Origin: Pseudomonadota bacterium
Lineage (GTDB): Bacteria; Pseudomonadota; Gammaproteobacteria; JAAEPA01
Assembly (NCBI GenBank): GCA_039714615.1
Contig: JBDLIZ010000002.1
Span: 1-32,002 of the forward strand
Reading direction: 5' to 3'
Length of the DNA stretch: 32,002 bases
Below are positions 1 through 8,683 of this stretch, one piece after another (positions within the stretch are counted from its first letter, which is position 1; each line of letters starts with the position of its first letter). A program made the position numbers and the translations under genes. The notes beneath the pieces were generated by a model. It was not told the DNA's origin. It made no database searches and was given only the letters and a program-made list of their open reading frames with translations.

Positions 1-100
1 TTCTGCGGATTTCTGCGGATTTCTGCGGATTTCTGCGGATTTCTGCGGATTTCTGCGGATTTCTGCGGATTTCTGCGGATTTCTGCGGATTTCTGCGGAC
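1..100. repeat. Tandem array of the 10-bp unit TTCTGCGGAT, 10 copies; the array starts at the window edge and may continue upstream
   Basis: Direct reading: bases 1-90 are nine identical units and 91-100 is TTCTGCGGAC. There are no spacers, so this is not CRISPR-like. Confidence 0.97.
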
Positions 101-146
101 ACAATACTCAATTAACGTAGGCGTGGAAGTAAATAAGTATTGTGTC
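98..146. repeat. Perfect 11-bp inverted repeat GACACAATACT / AGTATTGTGTC with a 27-nt spacer, fused to the last tandem unit
   Basis: Arms at 98-108 and 136-146 are exact reverse complements. A CCAGAAAT motif follows twice (148-155, 164-171). Confidence 0.85.
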
Positions 147-191
147 TCCAGAAATGCATGTCCCCAGAAATATCTGTGCGGTGCGAACCCG

Positions 192-217
192 CATGCCGGG
201 TGGCATGGGAGGGAGGG
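192..217 (+). repeat. Left copy of a bipartite motif (CATGCCGGG ... GGGAGGGAGGG) flanking the DUF4160/DUF2442 cassette
   Basis: CATGCCGGG at 192-200 and GGGAGGGAGGG at 207-217. The same two blocks occur in inverted orientation at 841-876. Confidence 0.6.
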
Positions 218-256
218 GGGATTAAAACCCCTTCCTATTCCTCTTGGCTGAATTTT

Positions 257-502
257 TTAGTGTGTGCCAGCCAATAAACCTGCAACGCTGAGATCTTCAT
301 CAATTTCTGGCCAATGTATTCCTTCTCCATCTCCAAGTATTTCCCATTTTTGAAGCTGCTCAGAGGATGCTTTTGATAAGCGTGGAAACCAAATAAGAGG
401 GACAGTGACTGTACGGCCATCAATTAATTCGACAATAACAGACGTTTCGGTGCATACAACATTCTGTGCTAGAGGGTGTAATTCAACCGCTAAAGTACTC
501 AT
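257..502 (-). CDS. DUF2442-family small protein (putative antitoxin-like partner of DUF4160)
   Basis: 81-aa ORF starting MSTLAVELHPLA. GGAGG lies 6 nt upstream of the ATG at 502; the longer ORF start at 529 has no RBS. The C-terminal ...W..LGDGEGIHWPEIDEDL pattern is typical of DUF2442. It overlaps the upstream DUF4160 gene by 20 nt. Confidence 0.75.
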   Translation of the reverse strand: MSTLAVELHPLAQNVVCTETSVIVELIDGRTVTVPLIWFPRLSKASSEQLQKWEILGDGEGIHWPEIDEDLSVAGLLAGTH

Positions 503-719
503 TCCATGCCTCCATGAGAGTATGTTCATTTTCAGCCACTAATGTTTCAAGTTTTCGAAGCTCTTTTGCTGAGAAACGCGTTGAACTTGCAAGAACAATA
601 GGGCTTAGCCAAAATTTTGCCAGCATATTATCTCTTTGGATATGAATGTGTGGCGGTTCACTACTTTCATTGCTGTAGAAGAAAAAACGAAAAGGGCCTA
701 TACGTAATATCGTTGGCAT
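483..719 (-). CDS. DUF4160-family small protein (putative toxin-like partner)
   Basis: 78-aa ORF with N-terminus MPTILRIGPFRFFFYSNESSEPPHIHI, the hallmark DUF4160 motif. It is paired and overlapping with a DUF2442 gene, as is usual for this family. Confidence 0.8.
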   Translation of the reverse strand: MPTILRIGPFRFFFYSNESSEPPHIHIQRDNMLAKFWLSPIVLASSTRFSAKELRKLETLVAENEHTLMEAWNEYFSG

Positions 720-813
720 TGGGTTATTTTACTAAAGTTGGTGCGATTTTTCATTTTTAAGCTAACGTAAGGCTGAAGGGCACGGACCACAGAACTGAGC
801 GAAACCGCCAAAC

Positions 814-841
814 CTGAAAAAGCCGCGTTTTGGCCCGCGGC
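814..841 (-). terminator. Rho-independent terminator candidate on the minus strand, downstream of the giant membrane-protein gene
   Basis: Minus-strand reading gives GCCGCG-GGCCAAAA-CGCGGC followed by TTTTTCAG. The stem is 822-827/836-841 and the T-tract corresponds to 814-821. Confidence 0.5.
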
Positions 842-876
842 CCTCCCTCCCCAGCTTTTTGTGTATGCCCGGCATG
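841..876 (-). repeat. Right, inverted copy of the bipartite motif flanking the DUF4160/DUF2442 cassette
   Basis: CCCTCCCTCCC at 841-851 and CCCGGCATG at 868-876 are the reverse complements of the blocks at 207-217 and 192-200. Confidence 0.6.
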
Positions 877-1031
877 GGCATGATCTTATGGGGTACAAGT
901 CCCCTGTACATTTTTCGGAAATGGGTCATTCTGACAACTTTAAAATGTACTAGCCGGCGGCAAGGGCTCAGAGGCGACCCGATGGACGCGTCCTGTATTC
1001 TCGAAATACCCATCCACCATGGGTATTTCAC

Positions 1032-4000
1032 TCATCTCGGCCCTTGCGGTTCGGTAACCGCCTTCTTTTGGCTATTAGGCCTACGCCTTTTGATCTCCAG
1101 TTGAATCGCGCGCCATATTCCCTGGTCGGAAAAACAAGCCCAACCCCAGCGCAACCAGCCCAATAGTGCAAAAGCCAGCCACAGGGCCCAGGCGAGCATC
1201 AATACCCTATAGACAAGCAGGGGAACGGAAAGCACCCAGGCCCGTGGCAGAGTGTTTTGGATCCGGTCCTGATACCAGTTCAGTTCATGGGCATAGGAAC
1301 GGTTACCCGCGATCTGCATCTCCGGGACCCCCAACAGGCCCTGTTGGACGACGTAGAACAATGCGATCAGGGCCGATAGCGTCAGCAAGACGAGACCGAG
1401 CTGTACGGTGTTGAAGGTAAACTTGGAGACCCCTTCCGGGATCCTTGCCCTCAGGCCCAAGGCCAACAGCCAGCCCGCCACGATTACTGCGATCCAGGAC
1501 GGCGCTTGGCTCAGCCCTATACCTAACAGAACCCATTGCCAATACCCTAGGGGGGTGAGCCGAATACGGGCAAGCCCGATGGCAATCAGAACGATGACCA
1601 GTAGAACCCCCCAGAACAGGACCGCGGGGCCCAGCCGCGGCCCCCCCGTGGCAAGCACCCAGCGATCTCGTCCCAACTCGACCGTGATCGAGCTGTTGAC
1701 GCTGGCAGCCCCCAGATCCATTTCCGGTGTCTTTAACCGGCTATGGATACCCTCGGCGCGACGCCAGTTCATACGGATGTCCTGTTTCCCAGGCCTGATC
1801 GGCAGGTCCACCTGCCGGCCTTGTTGGCGGATGGGTTGGGCAACCCCGTCGATGCTGACCGATTGCAACCGTACCTGCTCGGGCAATATCAACCGGTGCC
1901 GGCCTCCTTGACTGCTGCGTATCGTCAGCGCCAGGTTAGCCTCCGTGGCGCGCCGTCCGGTAGATATCCGCAAATGACTTCTGTCTATGGTAATAGTCTG
2001 TCCCGCTACACCCTCAGGCCGGGTGATGTCTAACTGTACCTGTTCCCCCGGCCAGGGACGCCATTCGGGTAACCAGCGTTGGCTCGGGTCCTGGTGATGG
2101 ACGACCGGGATACCGCTCAATTCGACATGCCAGATCGGACCGATATCAGCACGCCACAGCTCCGACCAGGCAGGATCATCACCCGCGCTCAGCACGATCC
2201 GTTGGTTCTGCTCGAGCCTGGATGACCATTGCAACTGCTTCTGCTCGGGGCCCATATTCACCAAGACCTTACCCTGTTTAACCCGGATTCCAGCACTGAG
2301 CACCGACTCGCCTGGCAACAGGGGAATCTGCAATACCACGGGCACCCCCGTGGGTGAGCTGCGTACGATGCGCGTCCTGACGTGCCAATCCAAACCTAAT
2401 TGCAGGGTGCGCTCGACGCTGACAAAAGGCGGTAAGGCCGCAGATTCAAACGCACCAGCTTGCTCTGTATCCCCTTGAATACGGGTGAATTGCAGCTGTT
2501 GATCCGGCACCCCGTCTTCATGCACGCCCGCTACCGTCCAGCCCTGGGCATTCACCTCGACATGATGGGGTTTGAGAGCCAGCGGCAGTTGAAGGCGTTC
2601 AAACCCCGTCAGCACCCCGGAGAACTGTACCAGATGGCGCCCTTTCTCTACCTGTATCCACAGCGGCCCGGAAGCGGATCGAAACAAGGCTTGGGTCTCG
2701 GCGCCATCGATGAGCACCTGCTGTGGGGCCCAATGCCGTACATCGATGGGCAGGGGGATGGCGCTCTCATCCTGGGCATAGACCTCCAACCGGGCGTGTA
2801 TGTGCTGATCGGAGAGATCCAGGCGCAGGCGTGCAATCTGCGCACACTGGGGCAGGCATTCAGGGGCTTGCAGAAGTCGCTGTTCGAGCTGTTTGAGCAT
2901 CTCAGGAGTGGGAAATTCGGCCCCTGCGTCCTGAACCATCGAGCCGCCGAGCAGCCCGAGGACTAACAGCAGCACGGCGCCATGGCTAGTAACCCGGGGG
3001 ATGCGACGTAAAAGTTCGCCTGGATTAAAAACACGCAAGCTAAATCCCGCCAACAACAGCACGCTTATTAGGTTCAATACAAGATTGATGCCGGGAGACA
3101 GTAAAGACAGGGTGATGGTCTGGTCCTTGTCCACGGGCCCCTGCCAGCTCAGCGGGATGGATGCCCATTGCCAGCGTGGCAGTCCCGGACCGGTCTGAAT
3201 GTTGGCCTTGGGGTCGATCTTGACAAACGGTGCCCTTGAGCTCGCTCTTTTCTCTGCCGGGGCCATTGATTTGTATTCTGCAAGGATATCGGCCTCATAA
3301 CGCTCCACCGACCTCCTGCCTTGTTTCTCAGCTGTTGCCGGGGCGGCACCCTCAGCGGCGCCCACCGAACGCCATGGATATTCCAGCTGAGGATAAAGCC
3401 CCGTACGCACCTCCTGGACCATGAATGGCAAGGCCACCAACACCAGCGCAACAAGACTGGCATTACGATACCAGCGCACCAGGAATTGTATACGTCCAGC
3501 CGGTAATACCCTCAATAAGGCCACGGCCGCCAGGATATTGAGCCAGATATATCGCGGGGCCCCGGGTTCGTGCCAGATCAACCCCAGAGTGACCAAGGCC
3601 AGCACACCCCAGGGCCATCCCCATAGGCGGCCCACCGCGATGGCAACGATCAACACGATAAACAGGTCCAGCAGGGTCCAGCGCTGCAGCCAGGAATTGG
3701 GGACATTATCTACCCCCGAGACCGAAAACAGCTTCCAACCCGGTGGCAGATGCAGATTGGCCCGCACCTGTTGGAAATCTTGACCCCAGCCCGTGACCGG
3801 CAGAGTGTGCACTTCACCGAGATATCGGCTATCGGCGCTAAGGCTGATGGCCCCCCTGCGCACCTCCAGGCCACGTTTATCCGTACCGGACAATCTAGTA
3901 ATGAACTGAGGCGTCCCGTCTACGGCCACCCGGCCCAGGGCGATCTGCTCATTGGCCTCCAACCGCCAGCCCCGGGTCATGCTGCCGGTGATTCGATCCT

Positions 4001-5114
4001 GCAAGGTATATCCATCGCCGCTGAAATCCAACCACAGATTGCGCTCCAGGGACAGTTGATCGGGCTCGGGTTCGGGGTCGCCCCGGCGAACGACCTCCAG
4101 ATCCAGCATATCCCCGGTTGTTAGCCGGTAGGCCGGTAGATTGCGCCATGGCTCGGGGAGCTTGGTCTGGCGTGGGTCCACCATCGGTGCCCCCTTGAGT
4201 TCCACTAGCCGCAGATGGGGCCGCGCATCAAAGACCCAGACCTCTTCCTGCGGCCAGGGCGGCGCGGATTCCTGCACACCGATCCGAGTGATATCCCCGG
4301 GGTGACGCGCCGTAAACTCAACGCTCCAGTGCCCGGGACGTAGCTGCAATCGAAGCCGACCTTCCCGCTCCAATCGAGCGGGCAAGCGACTGTCGAGCCG
4401 CAAAGGAATGAAGTCATCCAACAATGCCCCGTCAAGCAGCACCTCACGTGGTGCGCCGGAAACCTCCATCTCGATATGGGTAATAAGCCGCAAGGGATTG
4501 TCATCGATCAGCCGACGAAAGACCTGCAGTTCCAGCCGTTCGCTGGGTGGTGCTTGTGTCTTACGATCGGAATCGCGTTCCCGCAGCCAAAGATGGCCAT
4601 TGGAATCGACATCTGGGATAGGTATCACCCGGCCCTCAACGGTGAGCGTCACCAAGGCGCTGGCCGCCGGAATGGGCAGGGTCTTGGGCAGGCGGTCCCA
4701 GACAAAGCGCCCTTCGATGCGCTGCTGACCGACTTCGAGCCAGAGGCTTGGGCGGCCCTCATGGCTGGCCACCAAGGCCGTCTCACCATTGAGCTGGACA
4801 TCTTGCGGCCAGAGCTTGCCGTCGCCGGGCAGCTTCACCCGGCTTTTTGCATAAACCCGCCAGGATTGACTGAACGTCCCACCCTGTTGATCGAGTCTCA
4901 ATTCGAGCCGCACGGGCCATGCGCATCGCCGATGGCTGCTGTTGTACACATGTGGGCAGGCCCGGTCTTGGTGGTCCAGCAATACCCAGTCAACCCATGG
5001 TTGCAGTGGCTTGGGAATATCCTCGGACGAGAGTGCTGCTCCAAGAGCGAAACTTGAAAACGACAGGATTGCAATGAGTACTGTGAAACGGATGGTGTGC
5101 ACAGCAAACTCCAT
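1032..5114 (-). CDS. Very large (about 1,360 aa) multi-pass membrane protein of unknown function with an internally duplicated architecture
   Basis: Uninterrupted 4.3-kb ORF. The start is placed at MEFAVHTIRFTVLIAILSFSSFALGAALS (signal-peptide-like) rather than the ORF-track start at 5324. It has two long soluble modules, each followed by clusters of hydrophobic helices. No known catalytic motif was recognised. Confidence 0.8.
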   Translation of the reverse strand: MEFAVHTIRFTVLIAILSFSSFALGAALSSEDIPKPLQPWVDWVLLDHQDRACPHVYNSSHRRCAWPVRLELRLDQQGGTFSQSWRVYAKSRVKLPGDGKLWPQDVQLNGETALVASHEGRPSLWLEVGQQRIEGRFVWDRLPKTLPIPAASALVTLTVEGRVIPIPDVDSNGHLWLRERDSDRKTQAPPSERLELQVFRRLIDDNPLRLITHIEMEVSGAPREVLLDGALLDDFIPLRLDSRLPARLEREGRLRLQLRPGHWSVEFTARHPGDITRIGVQESAPPWPQEEVWVFDARPHLRLVELKGAPMVDPRQTKLPEPWRNLPAYRLTTGDMLDLEVVRRGDPEPEPDQLSLERNLWLDFSGDGYTLQDRITGSMTRGWRLEANEQIALGRVAVDGTPQFITRLSGTDKRGLEVRRGAISLSADSRYLGEVHTLPVTGWGQDFQQVRANLHLPPGWKLFSVSGVDNVPNSWLQRWTLLDLFIVLIVAIAVGRLWGWPWGVLALVTLGLIWHEPGAPRYIWLNILAAVALLRVLPAGRIQFLVRWYRNASLVALVLVALPFMVQEVRTGLYPQLEYPWRSVGAAEGAAPATAEKQGRRSVERYEADILAEYKSMAPAEKRASSRAPFVKIDPKANIQTGPGLPRWQWASIPLSWQGPVDKDQTITLSLLSPGINLVLNLISVLLLAGFSLRVFNPGELLRRIPRVTSHGAVLLLVLGLLGGSMVQDAGAEFPTPEMLKQLEQRLLQAPECLPQCAQIARLRLDLSDQHIHARLEVYAQDESAIPLPIDVRHWAPQQVLIDGAETQALFRSASGPLWIQVEKGRHLVQFSGVLTGFERLQLPLALKPHHVEVNAQGWTVAGVHEDGVPDQQLQFTRIQGDTEQAGAFESAALPPFVSVERTLQLGLDWHVRTRIVRSSPTGVPVVLQIPLLPGESVLSAGIRVKQGKVLVNMGPEQKQLQWSSRLEQNQRIVLSAGDDPAWSELWRADIGPIWHVELSGIPVVHHQDPSQRWLPEWRPWPGEQVQLDITRPEGVAGQTITIDRSHLRISTGRRATEANLALTIRSSQGGRHRLILPEQVRLQSVSIDGVAQPIRQQGRQVDLPIRPGKQDIRMNWRRAEGIHSRLKTPEMDLGAASVNSSITVELGRDRWVLATGGPRLGPAVLFWGVLLVIVLIAIGLARIRLTPLGYWQWVLLGIGLSQAPSWIAVIVAGWLLALGLRARIPEGVSKFTFNTVQLGLVLLTLSALIALFYVVQQGLLGVPEMQIAGNRSYAHELNWYQDRIQNTLPRAWVLSVPLLVYRVLMLAWALWLAFALLGWLRWGWACFSDQGIWRAIQLEIKRRRPNSQKKAVTEPQGPR

Positions 5115-5444
5115 AGACGTGAGTGGGAAAGCGACTCGAGCATCAAAAAACGGCAATCTATTCGATCGAGCACTTACTGTGTAACCGGTAATCGATCGCT
5201 GCCGCATCATTCCCGATAACACCCTATTGGGTTCACCGAAAGCGGTTCTAGATGACTTCTTGCAGATTAGCCAATAAGCAACGGTTATACACGGATGCGC
5301 ATATTTTAGTAGCGGGAGCCACATGAGTTTCCCTACAATGAGTCAGTTTATCACTTGGGGTTAGCACCGTTGCGGCAGGCACGCGACATAAAATCTGAAA
5401 CGATCGCGAACCCTACAACTTTCAATGCTAAATGGGAGAACTAC

Positions 5445-6635
5445 ATGATTAAACCCCATGGGTCCGAGACCCTGAACCCCTTGTTTGTATACGACCAGGG
5501 CAAGCACGATGCGTTACTGCATGAGGCGGAGAGCCTGCCCGCGCTCATGCTGAGTTCCGCGGCCGCCGCCAATGCCGTCATGATGGGCGCCGGCTACTTC
5601 AACCCCCTTACCGGCTATATGAATGCCGCCGATGCGATCAGCGTAGCGCAGCGCATGCATACCACCGATGGTCTTTTCTGGCCCACACCGATATTGAATA
5701 TGACCAATAATATCGAGGTGGTCAAGGGGCACAAACGTATCGCCTTGCGTGATCCCAATGTCGAGGAACACCCCATCCTGGCGGTGATGGAGGTAGAGGA
5801 TATCGAAGAGCTGACCGATGCCGAGATCAATCTCATCACCGAAAAGGTCTATCGCACCACTGATATGGAACACCCCGGTGTCGCGGCCTTCCAATCCGCG
5901 GGCAAATATGTCATCTCCGGGCCGATTCAGGTGCTCAACTGCAGTTACTTTCAGCAAGACTTCCCAGACACCTTCCGCACTGCGGTTGAGATCCGCAATG
6001 AGATCATGGAGCATGGCTGGAACAAGGTGGCCGCCTTCCAGACCCGTAACCCCATGCACCGCGCCCATGAGGAACTGTGCAAGATGGCCATGGACGCGGT
6101 CGGGGCCGACGGCGTCATCGTTCACATGCTGCTGGGCAAACTCAAACCCGGCGATATCCCGGCCCCGGTCAGGGATGCCTCCATTCGCAAAATGGTCGAA
6201 CTCTACTTCCCGCCCAATACCGTCATGATCACCGGCTACGGATTTGACATGCTCTATGCGGGACCGCGCGAGGCCGTACTGCACGCCATTTTCAGACAGA
6301 ACATGGGGGCCACCCACCTGATCGTCGGTCGCGATCACGCCGGTGTAGGCGACTACTACGGCGCCTTCGATGCCCAGACCATCTTTGATGAAGAGGTGCC
6401 CGAAGGGGCCCTGGAGATCGAAATCTTCCGTGCCGACCACACCGCCTACTCCAAAAAGTTGAACAAAGTGGTCATGATGCGCGACGCCCCGGATCACGAC
6501 AAGGAAGACTTCGTACTGCTTTCAGGCACCAAGGTCCGCGAGATGCTCGGCCAGGGTATTGCACCGCCCCCGGAGTTCTCCCGCCCCGAGGTCGCCCAGA
6601 TCCTCATGGATTATTATCAGAGCAAAAATAAATAA
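5445..6635 (+). CDS. sat: Sulfate adenylyltransferase (ATP sulfurylase), dissimilatory type of sulfur oxidisers
   Basis: 396 aa starting MIKPHGSETLNPLF, with GGGAGA 6 nt upstream of the ATG. It contains QTRNPMHRAHEEL and GRDHAGVGDYYG motifs and is near-colinear with the Riftia-symbiont/Allochromatium Sat as I remember it. Confidence 0.95.
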   Translation: MIKPHGSETLNPLFVYDQGKHDALLHEAESLPALMLSSAAAANAVMMGAGYFNPLTGYMNAADAISVAQRMHTTDGLFWPTPILNMTNNIEVVKGHKRIALRDPNVEEHPILAVMEVEDIEELTDAEINLITEKVYRTTDMEHPGVAAFQSAGKYVISGPIQVLNCSYFQQDFPDTFRTAVEIRNEIMEHGWNKVAAFQTRNPMHRAHEELCKMAMDAVGADGVIVHMLLGKLKPGDIPAPVRDASIRKMVELYFPPNTVMITGYGFDMLYAGPREAVLHAIFRQNMGATHLIVGRDHAGVGDYYGAFDAQTIFDEEVPEGALEIEIFRADHTAYSKKLNKVVMMRDAPDHDKEDFVLLSGTKVREMLGQGIAPPPEFSRPEVAQILMDYYQSKNK

Positions 6636-6666
6636 TAACTATAATCAAAATCGTCTGACCTGCCTT

Positions 6667-6695
6667 CCCACCCCGCTCGGGGTGGGAATTTTATT
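6667..6695 (+). terminator. Rho-independent terminator after sat
   Basis: CCCACCCC-GCTC-GGGGTGGG stem-loop (6667-6686) followed by AATTTTATT. Confidence 0.8.
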
Positions 6696-6768
6696 GTGTC
6701 TTTATTTTTCCGTTGCGAGAGGGAATCATGTAACCTGGGTATTTCATGAATTCGCGTGAAACTCGCAA

Positions 6769-7683
6769 ATGAACGATCCCAAAAAAATGAATGGCACCCG
6801 ACAACGGCGCACCGAGGCAAGAGCGGGTTACGGATTTCTTCTACCTGCCCTGTCGGCCATCGCAGTTTTCTTCTTCCTGCCGGTGGTGGCGGCGCTCAGC
6901 CTCAGCTTCACCGACTTCGATATCTATGCCCTGGGGAATATCGACTATTTGCGCTTCGTCGGCTTACGAAATTATTTCCAGCTGGGAGAAAACCCCCTGT
7001 TCTGGAAGGCCTTGGGAAATACGCTTTATTTTGCGCTCATCGGTGGGCCGCTCTCAGTAGGGATCTCACTGGCTGCGGCGATGCTGGTCAGCTCAAAACT
7101 GGTTCGATTCAAGGGTCTGTTTCGTGCGGTCTTTTTTCTGCCCGTGGTGACCACCCTGGTGGCGGTCGCCGTCGTGTGGCGGTATCTATACCATCCAAGC
7201 TACGGATTACTCAACTATGGGCTCGGTCTGTTGGGCGTGGATCCCATCGATTGGCTGGGCGACCCCGATTGGGCCATGCCGGCCATCATCCTGATGGCGG
7301 TGTGGAAAAATTTCGGTTACAACATGATCATTTTTATCGCCGGCCTGCAAAACATCCCGGAACAGCTCTATGAGGCAGCGAAAATAGACGGTGCCAACGC
7401 ACTACAGCAGTTCAGGCAGGTGACCCTGCCGATGTTAGCCCCCACTTTTCTATTCGTCGCCATCATCACCATGATCGGTTATTTCCAGCTGTTCGCCGAA
7501 CCCTATGTCATGACCCAGGGAGGACCGTCCAATGCCACACTGAGCATTGTATTACTTATGTATGAGGAAGGCTTTCGATGGTGGAATATAGGTTACGCCT
7601 CGGCGCTGGCCTTTGTGCTTTTCATTATTATCCTATTTGTTACGCTGTTGCAGTTGCGGTTTAAGAAGGGTATCGAGCAATGA
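6769..7683 (+). CDS. Carbohydrate-type ABC transporter permease (MalF/UgpA-like)
   Basis: 304 aa with about 6 hydrophobic helices and the EAA-loop motif EAAKIDGANALQQFRQVTLPML typical of CUT1 sugar permeases. Confidence 0.9.
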   Translation: MNDPKKMNGTRQRRTEARAGYGFLLPALSAIAVFFFLPVVAALSLSFTDFDIYALGNIDYLRFVGLRNYFQLGENPLFWKALGNTLYFALIGGPLSVGISLAAAMLVSSKLVRFKGLFRAVFFLPVVTTLVAVAVVWRYLYHPSYGLLNYGLGLLGVDPIDWLGDPDWAMPAIILMAVWKNFGYNMIIFIAGLQNIPEQLYEAAKIDGANALQQFRQVTLPMLAPTFLFVAIITMIGYFQLFAEPYVMTQGGPSNATLSIVLLMYEEGFRWWNIGYASALAFVLFIIILFVTLLQLRFKKGIEQ

Positions 7684-8501
7684 GCTGGCAGCTAAAAAAA
7701 TGGCTCATCTATGGGCTGTTAGGCATCACCTTCTGTTTCGCCATCACGCCCCTGTTATGGATGCTATCCGCCTCATTCATGCCCAGTGGCGAGGCTAATC
7801 TTTACCCCCCGAGGATACTGCCTAGCCGATTTACCCTGGAACACTACCAGGCCCTATTTACCCGCCTCAACCTCGCTCGCTACTTGATCAACAGCACCGC
7901 GCTGGCCATCGCCGTGACACTGATCTCCTTGCTGCTCAATTCGATGGCGGGTTATGCCTTTGCCAAACTACGTTTTGCTGGGCGAGACCGGATATTTCGT
8001 GTCTTGCTCGGCGCACTGGTCATTCCCGCGCAGGTATCCATGCTGCCGTTGTTCCTGCTGCTCAAACAGTTTGGCTTCATCAATACCTACTGGGGTGTCA
8101 TCATCCCTGGAATGGCCAGCATATTCGGTATTTTTTTGATTCGTCAATATGCCCTGTCGATCTCCGACAGCCTGCTTGATGCCGCGCGTATCGACGGTGC
8201 CAGCGAGTTTAGAATCTATTGGTCACTGGTGTTACCCCTTTGCAAACCCATCCTGATCACGCTGGCGATTTTCACCTTCATGGGGACATGGAACGATTTT
8301 ATGTGGCCCCTGATTATTCTTACCGACAATGATATGTATACCCTGCCCGTCGCCCTGGCAAATCTGCTCGGCGAGCATGTCCAGGATACAGAATTGATGA
8401 TGGCCGGTTCGGTATTGACCACTTTGCCGGTCATGCTGGTGTTCATGGTCTTGCAGAAACACTACATCGAAGGCATCATGATCGGCGGCGTGAAGGAATA
8501 G
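7680..8501 (+). CDS. Carbohydrate-type ABC transporter permease (MalG/UgpE-like)
   Basis: 273 aa with EAA-loop DAARIDGASEFRIYWSLVLP. An ATGA start/stop overlap with the upstream permease indicates translational coupling. Confidence 0.9.
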   Translation: MSWQLKKWLIYGLLGITFCFAITPLLWMLSASFMPSGEANLYPPRILPSRFTLEHYQALFTRLNLARYLINSTALAIAVTLISLLLNSMAGYAFAKLRFAGRDRIFRVLLGALVIPAQVSMLPLFLLLKQFGFINTYWGVIIPGMASIFGIFLIRQYALSISDSLLDAARIDGASEFRIYWSLVLPLCKPILITLAIFTFMGTWNDFMWPLIILTDNDMYTLPVALANLLGEHVQDTELMMAGSVLTTLPVMLVFMVLQKHYIEGIMIGGVKE

Positions 8502-8683
8502 AAGAAGTCTTACAAACTGGGAAGTCTCAAGGCAAACGCAGTCAGCCGCAAACATTAATCAGTTTTTTCAGCCTTTTTAAGCTGATTTCCTAAGCGATAG
8601 TGTCCATAGGGCCGCAGAATTGGACCTTTCCTTCCCCATGGTGTGTCTCAACTTGTATCGCTCTTGACTGGAAACAAAACCGC

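Noticed and set aside
1-100. The tandem arrays at 1-100 and 15101-15177 as CRISPR arrays
   Set aside because: The units are 10-11 bp and directly abutting with no spacers, and no cas genes are present. They are simple tandem repeats.
1003-1029. A perfect 10-bp stem hairpin (GAAATACCCA-7 nt-TGGGTATTTC) just after the giant gene stop, as a terminator
   Set aside because: No T-tract follows it on the minus strand. The better terminator candidate is at 814-841. It may still stabilise the mRNA 3' end.
698-1104. ORFs 698-898(-), 762-1031(-) and 859-1104(+) in the gap between the TA-like cassette and the giant gene
   Set aside because: They overlap one another, the terminator hairpin and the inverted motif. 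Their translations look random and none has an RBS. The region is treated as intergenic.
5115-5324. The ORF-track start of the giant ORF at 5324, giving 1,430 aa
   Set aside because: The first 70 codons lack any signal or TM character and run toward the sat promoter region. The ATG at 5114 begins a classic signal-peptide-like segment, so the shorter model is preferred. The exact start remains unverified.
5355-5444. An N-terminal extension of sat from a TTG at 5355
   Set aside because: Known Sat proteins of this type begin MIKP.GS..., and the ATG at 5445 has a GGGAGA RBS. The extension has no homology that I recognise.
5514-6497. A 327-aa ORF antisense to sat. Similar long antisense or alternate-frame ORFs lie at 4476-5057, 2460-2966, 1408-1911, 9257-9940, 15823-16389, 19813-20421, 22427-23005 and 6756-7373.
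   Set aside because: All lie wholly inside genes with strong family signatures on the other strand or frame. Their translations are low-complexity (Gly/Arg/His/Asp-rich), as expected for shadow ORFs in G+C-rich coding DNA.
8600-8683. An N-terminal extension of the discoidin/glycosidase-like ORF
   Set aside because: The internal ATG at 8684 starts a proper signal peptide. The upstream 28 codons are not signal-like.
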